In this document: piece by piece, positions 44,940-54,665 of the stretch | Layout: every line of letters starts with the position of its first letter | Numbering within the stretch: the first letter of the stretch is position 1 | Assembly: GCA_037446725.1 (NCBI GenBank) | Contig: JBBIIC010000005.1 | Location: 5,886 to 69,885 of the forward strand | Reading direction: 5' to 3' | Length of the DNA stretch: 64,000 bases | Source: Actinomycetota bacterium | GTDB taxonomy: Bacteria; Actinomycetota; Coriobacteriia; Anaerosomatales; SLCP01 | Made by a program: the position numbers and the translations under genes | Notes under the pieces: model-generated | The model's database searches: none | Told to the model about the DNA's origin: nothing | The model's input: only the letters and a program-made list of their open reading frames with translations

Positions 44940-46163
44940 CTACAATGGTAGCTCGACGCGTACGCGAGTGCCCTCACCGGGCGCGCTCGTGATCCACAGC
45001 TCCCCGCCCTCAGCGCGGACCCGCTCAGAGATGCTGTGGAGGCCCAGCGAGCCGTTGCTCAGCGCCGCGTCGCGGGCCTGATCGACGTCAAACCCGCCTC
45101 CGTCGTCGGCGACGGTGAGCACCACGGAGAACTGGCCGTACTCGATGTCGACGCTGAAGGAACTTGCGGACGCGTGCTTGATGATGTTGCTCGTCGCCTC
45201 CTTGGCCACGCGGTACAGGCACGCCTCGGACGCCCCACCGAGCAACCGTTGCTCTCCGCTGACGGTCAAGCGCCCTTCCACGCTGCGCCCGTTGGTGGCC
45301 TCCTTGATCCAGTGCTCGACCGCTTCAACGAGTCCCAGGTCCTTGAGCTTGGCCGGCCGCAGATCGTAGATGACCCGGCGAAGCTCGACCATGCTCGCGT
45401 TGAGCTCGTCCTGGAGTTCCTCAAGACGCGTGGCGGTATTGCCGTACTCGCCCCGCAAGGCCTGCTTCTTGCACACCTCGAGACCGAGCGAGATCGAGAA
45501 GAGGGACTGTGCGATACCATCGTGCATCTCGCGTGCGATGCGGTCCCGCTCCGACGCGAGCAGCACGTAGCGGTTCTCCTCGGAGAGACGGGCGTTGACG
45601 ACCGCGGAGGCCGCGAACGAGCTGAGGATCGCCAGGTACTCGGTCTCGTACTCGGTGAACGGCCGGGCTTCGTCGTTGATCGCGCAGAGCAGGCCGATCG
45701 GGCGCTCCTTGATCCTGATGGGGGCACAGAGCACCCACGCGCCCTGCTGCGTGTCGTGGTCGAGATAGGTGCGCCCATTGTGCAGCACCTCGTCGGCCAT
45801 GCCGCGCAGACGGGGGCTCCACCAGTCCTCCGGGTGCTCGGCGCGCGCGCCGCGGACGTTGAGCGTCTCGAAATCCAGGGTCTCCGTGTGCTCGGTAGTG
45901 AGGAGCAGGACGGCCTTGTCGGTGTTGGTCACGCGCTTGGCGCGCTCGACGATGGTCTTGAGCACCTCGTCGACGGAGAGCGTGGACGAGACTGCGGCCG
46001 CCACGTCATTGAGCGAGTTGAGCAGCTGGTCGTGCATGCCCGCCGTGCCGTTGCGCTTCCCGAGCTTGCGCCACCAGGCCCTGTGTGCGAGGCCGTCGGC
46101 GGAGACATGCGACTGCCACGCCGCGCGATGCGAGCCCGCCTGGCGTTCCCGATCAGATGCCAC
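44940..46163 (-). CDS. GAF-domain sensor histidine kinase (HisKA_3 / HATPase_c)
   Basis: GAF-like region (AAAVSSTLSVDEVLKTIVERAK...). H-box REMHDGIAQSL. ATPase motifs. The N-terminal start (GTG 46163 versus ATG 46037) is unresolved. Confidence 0.86.
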   Translation of the reverse strand: MASDRERQAGSHRAAWQSHVSADGLAHRAWWRKLGKRNGTAGMHDQLLNSLNDVAAAVSSTLSVDEVLKTIVERAKRVTNTDKAVLLLTTEHTETLDFETLNVRGARAEHPEDWWSPRLRGMADEVLHNGRTYLDHDTQQGAWVLCAPIRIKERPIGLLCAINDEARPFTEYETEYLAILSSFAASAVVNARLSEENRYVLLASERDRIAREMHDGIAQSLFSISLGLEVCKKQALRGEYGNTATRLEELQDELNASMVELRRVIYDLRPAKLKDLGLVEAVEHWIKEATNGRSVEGRLTVSGEQRLLGGASEACLYRVAKEATSNIIKHASASSFSVDIEYGQFSVVLTVADDGGGFDVDQARDAALSNGSLGLHSISERVRAEGGELWITSAPGEGTRVRVELPL

Positions 46164-46287
46164 GACCCTTCCCCCGCTCGCCTGCCGGCGTCAGCGGCAC
46201 GTCGCCCCGGACGTTACCGCCTGACCAGTATAGCGCGGGTCACTGACAGGGGAAACCGCAGTGGCGACGACACTCCCTGCTCAGGGC

Positions 46288-46686
46288 CTACAGGGGAGGC
46301 TCAACGGCGCGGTAGGCGGCAAGCATCCGCCGGCTCGCTGCCTCGATCCGCCGGCGCACCCGCTCGCTGCGCCGCTCCCACAGGTCGATGCCGCGGTAGT
46401 GGGCGAGGTGGCCCAGGTGGCCGTGTCCGAGCGCGTCCTGCTCGCAGTGCAGCGCGCGTCCGAGCGCAACAGGATCGCGGTCGCGCAGCGCCTCGCCGAG
46501 AAGCCGGCACGCCCTGCGCCGGGCGCCGAGCCAGCCGAAGTGCCACCCTTTGTAGCGCCACCGGTCGCCCGGGAACTCCCGGTCGACCGCCACATTGGCG
46601 GATGCGACGGCCTCGGCCTCCGCGGGCGGCAGACCCTCCTCGAGCGCCCACTGCAACGTCAGCCGGTAGTGGACGTGCGCGTTCAC
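46288..46686 (-). CDS. Hypothetical protein (132 aa) with His-rich, zinc-phospholipase-C-like motifs
   Basis: This is the frame with very high GC3 among three overlapping minus-strand ORFs. Motifs are HVHY near the N-terminus, VAVD and LGRALHCEQDALGHGHLGH. No family confidently recognised. Confidence 0.6.
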   Translation of the reverse strand: MNAHVHYRLTLQWALEEGLPPAEAEAVASANVAVDREFPGDRWRYKGWHFGWLGARRRACRLLGEALRDRDPVALGRALHCEQDALGHGHLGHLAHYRGIDLWERRSERVRRRIEAASRRMLAAYRAVEPPL

Positions 46687-46713
46687 CGCACGGCTCCGGT
46701 CCGCAGGACCCGC

Positions 46714-48708
46714 CTACGCTCCGCTGACCGCGGGCGGCGTCCCGGGTGCCTCTTCGCGAGCGGGCGGCTCGCCCTCGGCGGCGACGAGCTCGTCGGCGGC
46801 GCCTTCTTCGGACGCCTCCTCAGACGCCTCCTCGGGCTCCTCGGCCTTCGCGGCGGCCTCCTCGGCGAGGTAGGCGTCCCAGCGGTCCTCGAGCAGCGCC
46901 TCGAGCTCGGCCTTGTCAACCGTCTCGCGCTCGATGAGCACGTCGGCCATCAGGTCGAGCTGCTCCTTGCGCTCGGTGAGGATGCGCCGCGCGGTCTCGT
47001 ACGCCTCGTCGATCAGGCGACGGACCTCCTTGTCGATCTCGTAGGCGACCTCGGGGCTGTAGTCCGCGTTGGCTGAGAAGTCACGGCCGAGGAAGACCTC
47101 GTGGTTGGCATCGCCGAAGGTCTGCGGACCGAGCTTCTCGGACATCCCGTAACGCATGACCATCTGCTTGGCGATCTTGGTCGCGCGCTCGATGTCGTTG
47201 CTCGCGCCGGTGGTGATATCGCCGATGGCGGTCTCCTCGGCGACCCGACCGCCGAGCATCATCGCGATGTTGTCGAGCATCTGCTGGCGTGAGGTCAGGA
47301 ATCGGTCCTCGGCGGGCAACGCGAGCGTGTAGCCGAGTGCCTGGCCGCGAGCGATGATCGAGATCTTGTGGATGGGGTCGGTGTGCGGGAGGACGTGGCC
47401 GACCAGCGCGTGGCCCACCTCGTGGTAGGCGATGATGCGCTTCTCCTCCTCGGAGATCAGGCGGCTCTTGCGCTCGGGGCCCGAGATGACGCGCTCGATG
47501 GCCTCGTCGAGCTCGCGCATGTCGATCTTCTTCTTGCCGTGGCGCGCGGCGAGCAGCGCAGCCTCGTTCACGAGGTTCGCGAGGTCGGCGCCGGTGAAAC
47601 CCGGCGTGCGGCGCGCGAGCACCTCGAGCTCGATGTTGTCCTCCATCGGCTTGCCGTGCGCGTGGATCTTGAGTATCTGCTCGCGGCCCTTCAGATCGGG
47701 CCGGTCGACGGTGATCTGGCGGTCGAAGCGGCCCGGGCGCAGCAGTGCGGGGTCGAGGATGTCGGGACGGTTGGTCGCCGCGATGAGGATGACGTTGTCC
47801 TTGATGTCGAAGCCGTCCATCTCGACGAGCAGCTGATTGAGCGTCTGCTCGCGCTCGTCGTGACCGCCCCCGAGGCCGGCGCCGCGCTGGCGGCCGACCG
47901 CGTCGATCTCGTCCATGAAGATGATGCAGGGGCTCGCCGCCTTTGCCTGCTCGAAGAGGTCGCGCACGCGGCTCGCGCCCACGCCGACGAACATCTCGAC
48001 GAAGTCCGAGCCGGAAATCGAGAAGAACGGCACCGCGGCCTCGCCCGCCACGGCTCGCGCGAGCAGCGTCTTGCCGGTGCCCGGAGGGCCGACGAGCAGG
48101 ACGCCTTTGGGAATTTTCGCGCCGAGCGCCTGGAACTTACCCGGGTTGGCGAGAAACTCCTTGATCTCCTCGAGCTCCTCGATGGCCTCGTCAGCACCCG
48201 CGACGTCCTTGAACGTCACGCGCGGCTGGTCGCGCGTCATGCGCTTGGCCTTCGCCTTGCCAAACGACATCACCTTGGAGTTGCCGCCCTGCATCTGGCT
48301 GAAGAAATACAGCATGATCAGCACGAGGATGCCGATGGGCAGCAGCGAAGTCAGAATGCTCACCCATATGGAGGTGTTCTGCGGGTCGACCGAGTACTCC
48401 ACGTCGGGATGGCCGGCCATGAGCTCGTTGAAAGAGTCCTCGCCGGCCCACGTCGAGGTGAAGGGCTTGAGAGAGTCCTCACCGGCCTTTCTGGCCTCCT
48501 CGTCGGGGTAGAACTGGCCCTCGACGACGCGGTCGCGGGCGAGGAACTGCACGCTGACAACCAGGCCGTCTTCCAGCGCCGCGCTGAATTCGCTGGTGGG
48601 AAGCTCGACGGGCCGGCCCTCGGGCGCGGCGAACGTGCCCGTGACGAAGTAAACCGCCGCGACGAGCAGCACCAGATAGAGCAGGACAGTTCTCAGGTTC
48701 TTGTTCAA
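46714..48708 (-). CDS. ftsH: ATP-dependent zinc metalloprotease FtsH
   Basis: 664 aa. Walker [12 protein letters not shown] region, zinc motif HEVGHAL, acidic C-terminal tail. Confidence 0.97.
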   Translation of the reverse strand: MNKNLRTVLLYLVLLVAAVYFVTGTFAAPEGRPVELPTSEFSAALEDGLVVSVQFLARDRVVEGQFYPDEEARKAGEDSLKPFTSTWAGEDSFNELMAGHPDVEYSVDPQNTSIWVSILTSLLPIGILVLIMLYFFSQMQGGNSKVMSFGKAKAKRMTRDQPRVTFKDVAGADEAIEELEEIKEFLANPGKFQALGAKIPKGVLLVGPPGTGKTLLARAVAGEAAVPFFSISGSDFVEMFVGVGASRVRDLFEQAKAASPCIIFMDEIDAVGRQRGAGLGGGHDEREQTLNQLLVEMDGFDIKDNVILIAATNRPDILDPALLRPGRFDRQITVDRPDLKGREQILKIHAHGKPMEDNIELEVLARRTPGFTGADLANLVNEAALLAARHGKKKIDMRELDEAIERVISGPERKSRLISEEEKRIIAYHEVGHALVGHVLPHTDPIHKISIIARGQALGYTLALPAEDRFLTSRQQMLDNIAMMLGGRVAEETAIGDITTGASNDIERATKIAKQMVMRYGMSEKLGPQTFGDANHEVFLGRDFSANADYSPEVAYEIDKEVRRLIDEAYETARRILTERKEQLDLMADVLIERETVDKAELEALLEDRWDAYLAEEAAAKAEEPEEASEEASEEGAADELVAAEGEPPAREEAPGTPPAVSGA

Positions 48709-48743
48709 CGGAACTCATTCTCCCTGGAGGAATCGTCTGTGCG

Positions 48744-49289
48744 TCACCCTGCGTAGACCTCCGGTCGCAGGACGCCGATATAGGGCAGGTTGCGGTAGAG
48801 CTCGGCATAGTCGAGTCCGTAACCCACCACGAACTCGTCGGGGATGTCGAAACCGACGTACTTGCATGAGATAGGTACCCGCTGCTTGTCCTTCTTGTAC
48901 AGCAGCGACACGATCTCGAGCGTCTTGGGCTTGCGCGACGCGAGGTTCTTGAGCAGGTACTTGAGGGTGAGCCCGGTGTCGATGATGTCCTCGACCACCA
49001 GCACGTGCCGGTCCTCGATGAGTTCCTCAAGGTCCTTGATGATCCGGACCACTCCGGACGACTGAGTGGAGGAGCCGTACGACGAGACGGCCATGAAGTC
49101 GAGTTCGACCGGCGTCGAGATGGCACGGGCCAGGTCGGCCACGAACAGGGAGGCGCCGCGCAACACGGCGATCAACAGAACGGACTCGCCTGCGTAGTCG
49201 CGGCTGATCTCCTCGCCGAGCTCGGCGACCCGGTTCTGGATCTCCTCCTCGGTGAGCACGATGTGATCGACGTCCGGGTGCATCCTCAC
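48744..49289 (-). CDS. hpt: Hypoxanthine phosphoribosyltransferase
   Basis: 181 aa. PRPP-binding motif VLVVEDIIDTGLT. Confidence 0.95.
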   Translation of the reverse strand: MRMHPDVDHIVLTEEEIQNRVAELGEEISRDYAGESVLLIAVLRGASLFVADLARAISTPVELDFMAVSSYGSSTQSSGVVRIIKDLEELIEDRHVLVVEDIIDTGLTLKYLLKNLASRKPKTLEIVSLLYKKDKQRVPISCKYVGFDIPDEFVVGYGLDYAELYRNLPYIGVLRPEVYAG

Positions 49290-49298
49290 TCCTGTCCG

Positions 49299-50723
49299 TC
49301 ACTCGGGCGTCGCGTCTGCGTGGCGCCCCGTCTTCCAGGTGAGTCGCACCGTCCGGGTGGTGCGCGGTCCCACCTTGTACTCGTCGCTCATCCTCACACC
49401 GGCGAGCCATACGACTCGGTCGCCGTCGCGGACCACCGGCACGCGATGGCGGTCCCGCTGCGGCACCTTCCCGTCGGTGAGCAGGTCGGAGAGCTTCTTC
49501 GTGCCCTCCATGCCGAGCGGCTGCAAACGCTCGCCCTCGCACGCGGGGCCGACCGTGAGCGCGGTTGCGTCACCGACATCGACGACGACGCTGAGACTGT
49601 CGCCGGAAACGTCCGTGGCCTCGGCCGGAACCGCCTCGATCGAACCGATCTCTCCGAGGTCGACACTGCCCGGTATGGGGAGCAAAGAAGGTGCCACGCC
49701 CGGGAATCGCTCCCCCCGGTGCGAGACAATCAGTTTACCGTACTCCGAGAAGGCCCGCAGTCCCCCGGGCAGGTCGCGGGCGAAGGCCTCGTCGGCAAGG
49801 CCCTCGACGATCGCCTCGACGTGGGCCGAATCGAGGCGGGAGGCCTCGGGAAACGATGCTTCGAGCGCAGCACGAACGGTCCGCCGCTGCATGGCGCGCG
49901 AGAGCGTCGCCATCATCACACGGTCGAGCGCGACCTCGCCTTCGCGCCGCTCCTCGGAGGCGAAGTCCCGCGCGAAGGCGGCTGCCATCTCGGAGAGCAG
50001 CGCGTCCTCGTCGGCCAGCAGCCCCATCGTGCGCGCGAGTGTCGTACGCAGCGCAGGCTCGGCGGCGAGCAGCGCGGGCACGACCTCGTGCCGGATGCGG
50101 GCGCGCGAGCGGGAGGTGTCGAGGTTGCTCGCGTCCTCGCGCCAGGCACCGCCGGGCTGCGCCGCGAGCCATGCGCGTACCTCGGCGCGCGGCGTGTCGA
50201 GTAGCGGGCGCACGACGCGGCCGCGTACGTGGCGGATCGACGCCAACCCGCCCGCGCCCGCGCCGGAGAGCAGCCGCATGAGGAAAGTCTCGATGCGGTC
50301 GTCGAGCGTGTGGGCGACGGCGATGCGGGCCGCCCGCGGGTCGAGGCCGAGATCCGCTGCGCGCGCATCGGCCTCCTCCTCCGCGAAGCGGTAGCGGATC
50401 CGGCGGCCGGCGTCTTCGAGGTTGAGGCCGTCCGCGGCTGCGTAGCCCGCCACGTCGAAGCGCACCGCGCGGCAGGCAACGCCGAGTCGCGCGCACTCTG
50501 CAGCGACGAACTGCTCGTCAGCGTCGGACTCGGCGCCGCGCAGCTCGTGGTTGACATGCAGGACGCTGAGCTGTAGTTGGTCGCCGAGGTGGCCGCCAGC
50601 GAGCACGTGCAGCAGCGCCATCGAGTCGGCGCCGCCTGAGACCATGGCCACGACAGGCGCGCCGGCAGACAGCATGGCGTGAGACGTGGCGGTGGCACGG
50701 GCGATGTCGGGGAGTGCGGTCAT
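49299..50723 (-). CDS. tilS: tRNA(Ile)-lysidine synthetase
   Basis: 474 aa. PP-loop VAMVSGGADSMAL. Canonical tilS-hpt-ftsH gene order. Confidence 0.92.
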   Translation of the reverse strand: MTALPDIARATATSHAMLSAGAPVVAMVSGGADSMALLHVLAGGHLGDQLQLSVLHVNHELRGAESDADEQFVAAECARLGVACRAVRFDVAGYAAADGLNLEDAGRRIRYRFAEEEADARAADLGLDPRAARIAVAHTLDDRIETFLMRLLSGAGAGGLASIRHVRGRVVRPLLDTPRAEVRAWLAAQPGGAWREDASNLDTSRSRARIRHEVVPALLAAEPALRTTLARTMGLLADEDALLSEMAAAFARDFASEERREGEVALDRVMMATLSRAMQRRTVRAALEASFPEASRLDSAHVEAIVEGLADEAFARDLPGGLRAFSEYGKLIVSHRGERFPGVAPSLLPIPGSVDLGEIGSIEAVPAEATDVSGDSLSVVVDVGDATALTVGPACEGERLQPLGMEGTKKLSDLLTDGKVPQRDRHRVPVVRDGDRVVWLAGVRMSDEYKVGPRTTRTVRLTWKTGRHADATPE

Positions 50724-50849
50724 GGGTCAAGGGTAGCGCAGGAGCGCGATGCGCGGCCGCCTACGCCTCCCGGCCACGCGGAGTGAGCAGGCGCTCGGCG
50801 GCGGCGAGGATGCCGTCGGCGACGTCGCAGCGACCCCAGCAGCGCTTCT

Positions 50850-50876
50850 TTGTATGTATCGGTCTGCTGGTATCAT
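50850..50876 (+). promoter_or_regulatory. Candidate mqnE promoter with extended -10 (TTGTAT-N15-TGGTATCAT overlap)
   Basis: AT-rich patch cttcTTTGTATgtatcggtctgcTGGTATCATtatc, 75 nt upstream of ATG 50951, in the tilS/mqnE divergent gap. Confidence 0.35.
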
Positions 50877-50950
50877 TATCGGCGCCATCACCCCGCGCGG
50901 TGCGCCTGCGCTGCTCCGCACGGACCTCCCGCGTCCCGAGAGGACTCGCC

Positions 50951-52144
50951 ATGACCATGTTCCACCTGGCCGACCCCGCCCTCGAGCCGATCGCCGCCAA
51001 GGTGCTCGCGGGCGAGCGGCTCTCGCGCGAGGACGGGATCGCCCTCTACGCCAGCCGAGACCTGCTCGGCATCGGGCAGTTGGCCGACTTCGCCCGGCGG
51101 CGCATCAACGGCGAGCGCGTCTACTTCATGGTCAACCGCCACATCAACCCCACCAACATCTGCCGCAACCGCTGCAAGTTCTGCGCGTTCGCGCGCTCGG
51201 AGGGCGAAGAGGGCGCCTACGAGATGACCCTCGACACGGTGGCCGAGGCCGCCGCCGAGGGTGCGGCCGACGGCGCGTACGAGATCCACATCGTCTCCGG
51301 CCTGCACCCGGAGTGGAGCTACGAGTTCTACCTCGACATGGTGCGCCGCACGCGCGAGGCCGTGCCCGATCACGTCATCGTGCAGGCCTTCACCGCAGTC
51401 GAGATCGAGCACATGGCGATTATCGCCGAGAAAACGACGCGCGAGGTGCTCGCCGACCTCAAGGAGGCCGGGCTCGACGCGCTGCCCGGCGGCGGCGCGG
51501 AGATATTCAGCGACCGCACGCGCATGGCGGCATGGGACAAGAAGACGAAGTCCGACGTGTGGCTGCGCGTCCACGGCGAGGCGCACGAGCTCGGCATCGC
51601 CACGAACTGCACGATGCTCTACGGCCACATCGAGACGCACGAGGAGCGGGTCGACCACCTCATCCGCCTGCGCGAGCAGCAGGACGCGACCGGCGGGTTC
51701 CTCGCGTTCATCCCACTCGCGTTCCACCCGGCCAACACCGAGCTCGCCGACCTGCCGGGTACGACCGGTTTCGACGACCTCAAGACGCTCGCTATCGCGC
51801 GTCTCATGCTCGACAACATCCCGCACGTCAAGGCTTTCTGGATTATGGTTGGCCTCAAGGTCGCGCAGCTCTCCACGTGCTTCGGAGTGGACGACATCGA
51901 TGGCACGGTGGTCGAGGAGCGCATCACGCACATGGCCGGCGCCACCACGCCCGAGGCGCTCTCGAAAGACGATCTCGTCGGGATGATCGCCGAGACCGGG
52001 CACGTCGCCGTCGAGCGCGACACCCTCTACCGGGTCGTGCGCGTCTATGACGCCGAGGCCGAGCTTCCCGCGTGGGACGCCGGGCCGATCGGCGCACCCC
52101 CGAAGGCGGGGGTGGCAAGCGGCACCGTGGCGACGGGCCGCTGA
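50951..52144 (+). CDS. mqnE: Radical SAM aminofutalosine synthase (MqnE-type; MqnE versus MqnC assignment tentative)
   Basis: Start moved to ATG 50951 (GAGAGGA upstream). 397 aa. VYFMVNRHINPTNICRNRCKFCAF radical-SAM motif. CofH/MqnC/MqnE family. Confidence 0.8.
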   Translation: MTMFHLADPALEPIAAKVLAGERLSREDGIALYASRDLLGIGQLADFARRRINGERVYFMVNRHINPTNICRNRCKFCAFARSEGEEGAYEMTLDTVAEAAAEGAADGAYEIHIVSGLHPEWSYEFYLDMVRRTREAVPDHVIVQAFTAVEIEHMAIIAEKTTREVLADLKEAGLDALPGGGAEIFSDRTRMAAWDKKTKSDVWLRVHGEAHELGIATNCTMLYGHIETHEERVDHLIRLREQQDATGGFLAFIPLAFHPANTELADLPGTTGFDDLKTLAIARLMLDNIPHVKAFWIMVGLKVAQLSTCFGVDDIDGTVVEERITHMAGATTPEALSKDDLVGMIAETGHVAVERDTLYRVVRVYDAEAELPAWDAGPIGAPPKAGVASGTVATGR

Positions 52145-52145
52145 G

Positions 52146-52982
52146 ATGGCGCGCCCCCGGCTCGGCCACATCCAGTTCATCAACTGCCTGCCGCTCTACT
52201 ACGGCATGGTGAAGAGCGACGTGCTGCTCGACGTCGACCTCGTCAAGGCTGCCCCGCGCGACCTCGCCCGCATGCTGCTCGACGGAGAGCTCGAGGTCGC
52301 TCCGATCCCGGCCATCGAGTACGCGCGTCACGCCGACGGGCTGGTGCTGCTGCCCGACATCGCGATCTCGAGCGACGGTGAGGTGCAGTCGATCCTGCTG
52401 CTCTCGAAGGTGCCCGCTGGCGAGCTCGGCGGCCGGACGGTCGCGCTCACCGACACCTCGCGCACCTCGCAAGTGCTCACCCGCGTGCTGCTCGCCCGGC
52501 ACTGGGGTGTGGCACCCGACTACGTCGAGATGCCGCCCGACCTGCCCGCGATGCTGCGCGACGCCGATGCCTCGCTGCTCATCGGCGACGAGGCGCTCCG
52601 CGCGTACTGGGAGCCGCCGGAGGGGCTGTACGCCTACGACCTCGGCGCCGAGTGGACCGCGTGGGCCGGCCTGCCGATGGTCTACGCGGTGTGGGCGGTC
52701 AGACGCCAGTTCGCCGAGGCGTCGCCCGGCGCGGTGCGGGCAGTGAACGACGCGCTCACCGGCTCGCTCGCCTACTGCCGCGCGCACCTCGACGACATCT
52801 CCGAGTACGCCGCACGCTGGGAGCCGTTCGGAGCGGACCGCTTCCGCAGCTACTTCGATGCGCTGCACTTCCGCTACGAGCCGCGCTACCGCGAGGGGCT
52901 CGCGCGCTTCCTCGCCGAGGCCGTCGGAGTCGGCGAGCTCGACCGCGTGCCCGAGATCGTGATCTTCGGGGAGGGAGCGTGA
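52146..52982 (+). CDS. mqnA: Chorismate dehydratase MqnA (futalosine pathway)
   Basis: Start at ATG 52146, 1 nt after the mqnE stop. 278 aa. N-terminus RLGHIQFINCLPLYYG and EVAPIPAIEY are typical of MqnA. Confidence 0.88.
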   Translation: MARPRLGHIQFINCLPLYYGMVKSDVLLDVDLVKAAPRDLARMLLDGELEVAPIPAIEYARHADGLVLLPDIAISSDGEVQSILLLSKVPAGELGGRTVALTDTSRTSQVLTRVLLARHWGVAPDYVEMPPDLPAMLRDADASLLIGDEALRAYWEPPEGLYAYDLGAEWTAWAGLPMVYAVWAVRRQFAEASPGAVRAVNDALTGSLAYCRAHLDDISEYAARWEPFGADRFRSYFDALHFRYEPRYREGLARFLAEAVGVGELDRVPEIVIFGEGA

Positions 52983-54115
52983 GCGGCGAGCCGGACCGCG
53001 CCGAGCTCGCGGCGCTCGCGTTCGCGGCGGCGACGGGCGAGACGCGGCTGTCCGCCACCGACGCGCTCGCGCTCCTCGAACACGCGCACGTGCTCGACCT
53101 GGGCGCGGCGGCCTCGGCGATGCGCGCGCGGCTCGTGCCCGGTGACGAGGCCACCTTCATCGTCGACCGCAACGTCAACTACACGAACGTCTGTGTCTCG
53201 GAGTGCCGCTTCTGCGCGTTCTTCGCGACCAGGGACGCCGACGCCGCCTACGTGCTCACGCGCGAGGAGCTCGCCGCCAAGGTGCGCGAGACCGTCGAGC
53301 TGGAGGGCACGGCGATCCTGCTGCAGGGCGGCATGCACCCCGATCTGGGCATCGAGTGGTACGAAGGGATGCTACGCGACATCAAGGCCGACAACCCGGG
53401 TATCCACGTGCACGGGTTCGGGCCGCCGGAGATCGTGCACATCGCGAAGCTCTCGGGTGTCACCACACGCGAGGTCCTGATGCGGCTGCGCGACGCCGGA
53501 CTGGACTCGCTTCCCGGCGGCGGCGCGGAGATACTCGTCGACCGGGTGCGCTCGCACGTCTCGCCTCGCAAGGCGACCTCCGACCAGTGGCTGGACGTCA
53601 TGCGCGAGGCGCACGCGCTCGACATCTCGACGACCGCGACCATGATGTTCGGCGGCCTGGAGACCCTCGAGGAGCGCGTCGAGCACCTCGTGCACATCCG
53701 GGAGGTCCAGGACGACGCGATCGCCGGCGGGCACGTGGGGTTCCGCGCCTTCATCCCCTGGAGCTTCCAGCCCGGCAACACCGCCCTTGCTGAGGACGAG
53801 TCCGCAGCGCGCGGCGAGCCGCTTTCCGCCGCAAGCGGCTACGAGTACCTGCGCACGCTCGCGGTCTCGCGGCTCTTCCTTGACAGCGTGCGCAACATCC
53901 AAACCTCGTGGGTGACGCAGGGCTCGAAGATCGGCCAGGTCGCGCTCGCGTTCGGCGCGAACGACATGGGCTCGACGATGATCGAGGAGAACGTCGTCGC
54001 GGCCGCCGGCACGCGCTTCATGCTCGCGCGCGACGAGCTCGTGCGGCTTATCGCCGACGCGGGCTACGTGCCCGTACAGCGCGATACGCTCTACCGGGCC
54101 TTGCGCGCATTCTGA
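52979..54115 (+). CDS. mqnC: Radical SAM cyclic dehypoxanthinyl futalosine synthase (MqnC-type; assignment tentative)
   Basis: GTG 52979 forms a GTGA overlap with the mqnA stop. 378 aa. FIVDRNVNYTNVCVSECRFCAF motif. Confidence 0.8.
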   Translation: MSGEPDRAELAALAFAAATGETRLSATDALALLEHAHVLDLGAAASAMRARLVPGDEATFIVDRNVNYTNVCVSECRFCAFFATRDADAAYVLTREELAAKVRETVELEGTAILLQGGMHPDLGIEWYEGMLRDIKADNPGIHVHGFGPPEIVHIAKLSGVTTREVLMRLRDAGLDSLPGGGAEILVDRVRSHVSPRKATSDQWLDVMREAHALDISTTATMMFGGLETLEERVEHLVHIREVQDDAIAGGHVGFRAFIPWSFQPGNTALAEDESAARGEPLSAASGYEYLRTLAVSRLFLDSVRNIQTSWVTQGSKIGQVALAFGANDMGSTMIEENVVAAAGTRFMLARDELVRLIADAGYVPVQRDTLYRALRAF

Positions 54116-54158
54116 GAGCCCGCTCCCACTCGGCCGGCAATCGGTCGCCGTCGGGCTA

Positions 54159-54187
54159 TTCACAAACTCACGAACGGCCGCTATACT
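54159..54187 (+). promoter_or_regulatory. Near-consensus sigma70-type promoter TTCACA-N17-TATACT upstream of the arsR-family gene
   Basis: ttcaca(54159..54164)-17 nt-tatact(54182..54187), inside the lowest-GC stretch of the region. Confidence 0.5.
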
Positions 54188-54202
54188 CGGCTCGTGAAAA
54201 GA

Positions 54203-54226
54203 TTCGCATGTTCGCATGTTCGCACA
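54203..54226 (+). repeat. Three tandem 8-mers TTCGCATG TTCGCATG TTCGCACA (candidate operator)
   Basis: Read directly from the sequence. They start about 9 nt after the predicted transcription start, 25 nt before GTG 54251. Confidence 0.6.
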
Positions 54227-54250
54227 ATTGCCGATAAGTAGCAGCTGAGA

Positions 54251-54622
54251 GTGAAAGGCGACATGGACTTCCACTGTCTGCACTCGGAGATCTGCCGGAC
54301 GCTCGCGAACGAGAAGCGCCAGCGCATCTTGAGCGCCCTCAGAGATGGTGAGCTCTCGGTCACTCGCATCGCCGAGGAGACCGGCATCGCGCAAGCGACC
54401 GTCTCCCAGCACCTCGCTCTGCTGCGCTCGAAAGGACTCGTCAACACCCGCCGCGACGGAACGCACGTCCACTACTCCGTTGCCAACCCCAAGATCATCC
54501 AAGCGTTCGACCTCATCACAGAGGTGATGCGGGAGACGCTCGCGGCACAGCAGGAGAACATCGATGGACTGAGCGAGCACCCACCGAGCGCCAAGACGCA
54601 CACTGGACAGACCGGCACCTAG
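54251..54622 (+). CDS. ArsR/SmtB-family winged-helix transcriptional regulator
   Basis: LANEKRQRILSALRDGELSVTRIAEETGIAQATVSQHLALLRSKGLV is a classic ArsR HTH. There is no CVC metal site in helix 3. Two N-terminal Cys residues sit in HCLHSEIC. The start is GTG 54251 or ATG 54263. Confidence 0.85.
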   Translation: MKGDMDFHCLHSEICRTLANEKRQRILSALRDGELSVTRIAEETGIAQATVSQHLALLRSKGLVNTRRDGTHVHYSVANPKIIQAFDLITEVMRETLAAQQENIDGLSEHPPSAKTHTGQTGT

Positions 54623-54665
54623 AAGCCGAGACACGGCCCCGATACGACCGAGGAGGTCACCCACC

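Noticed and set aside
46281-46651. Alternative minus-strand frames (46281..46595 and 46301..46651) overlapping the hypothetical gene
   Set aside because: Their translations are Arg/Gly/Ala/Pro-rich. The 46288..46686 frame has the strong third-position G/C bias seen in real genes here.
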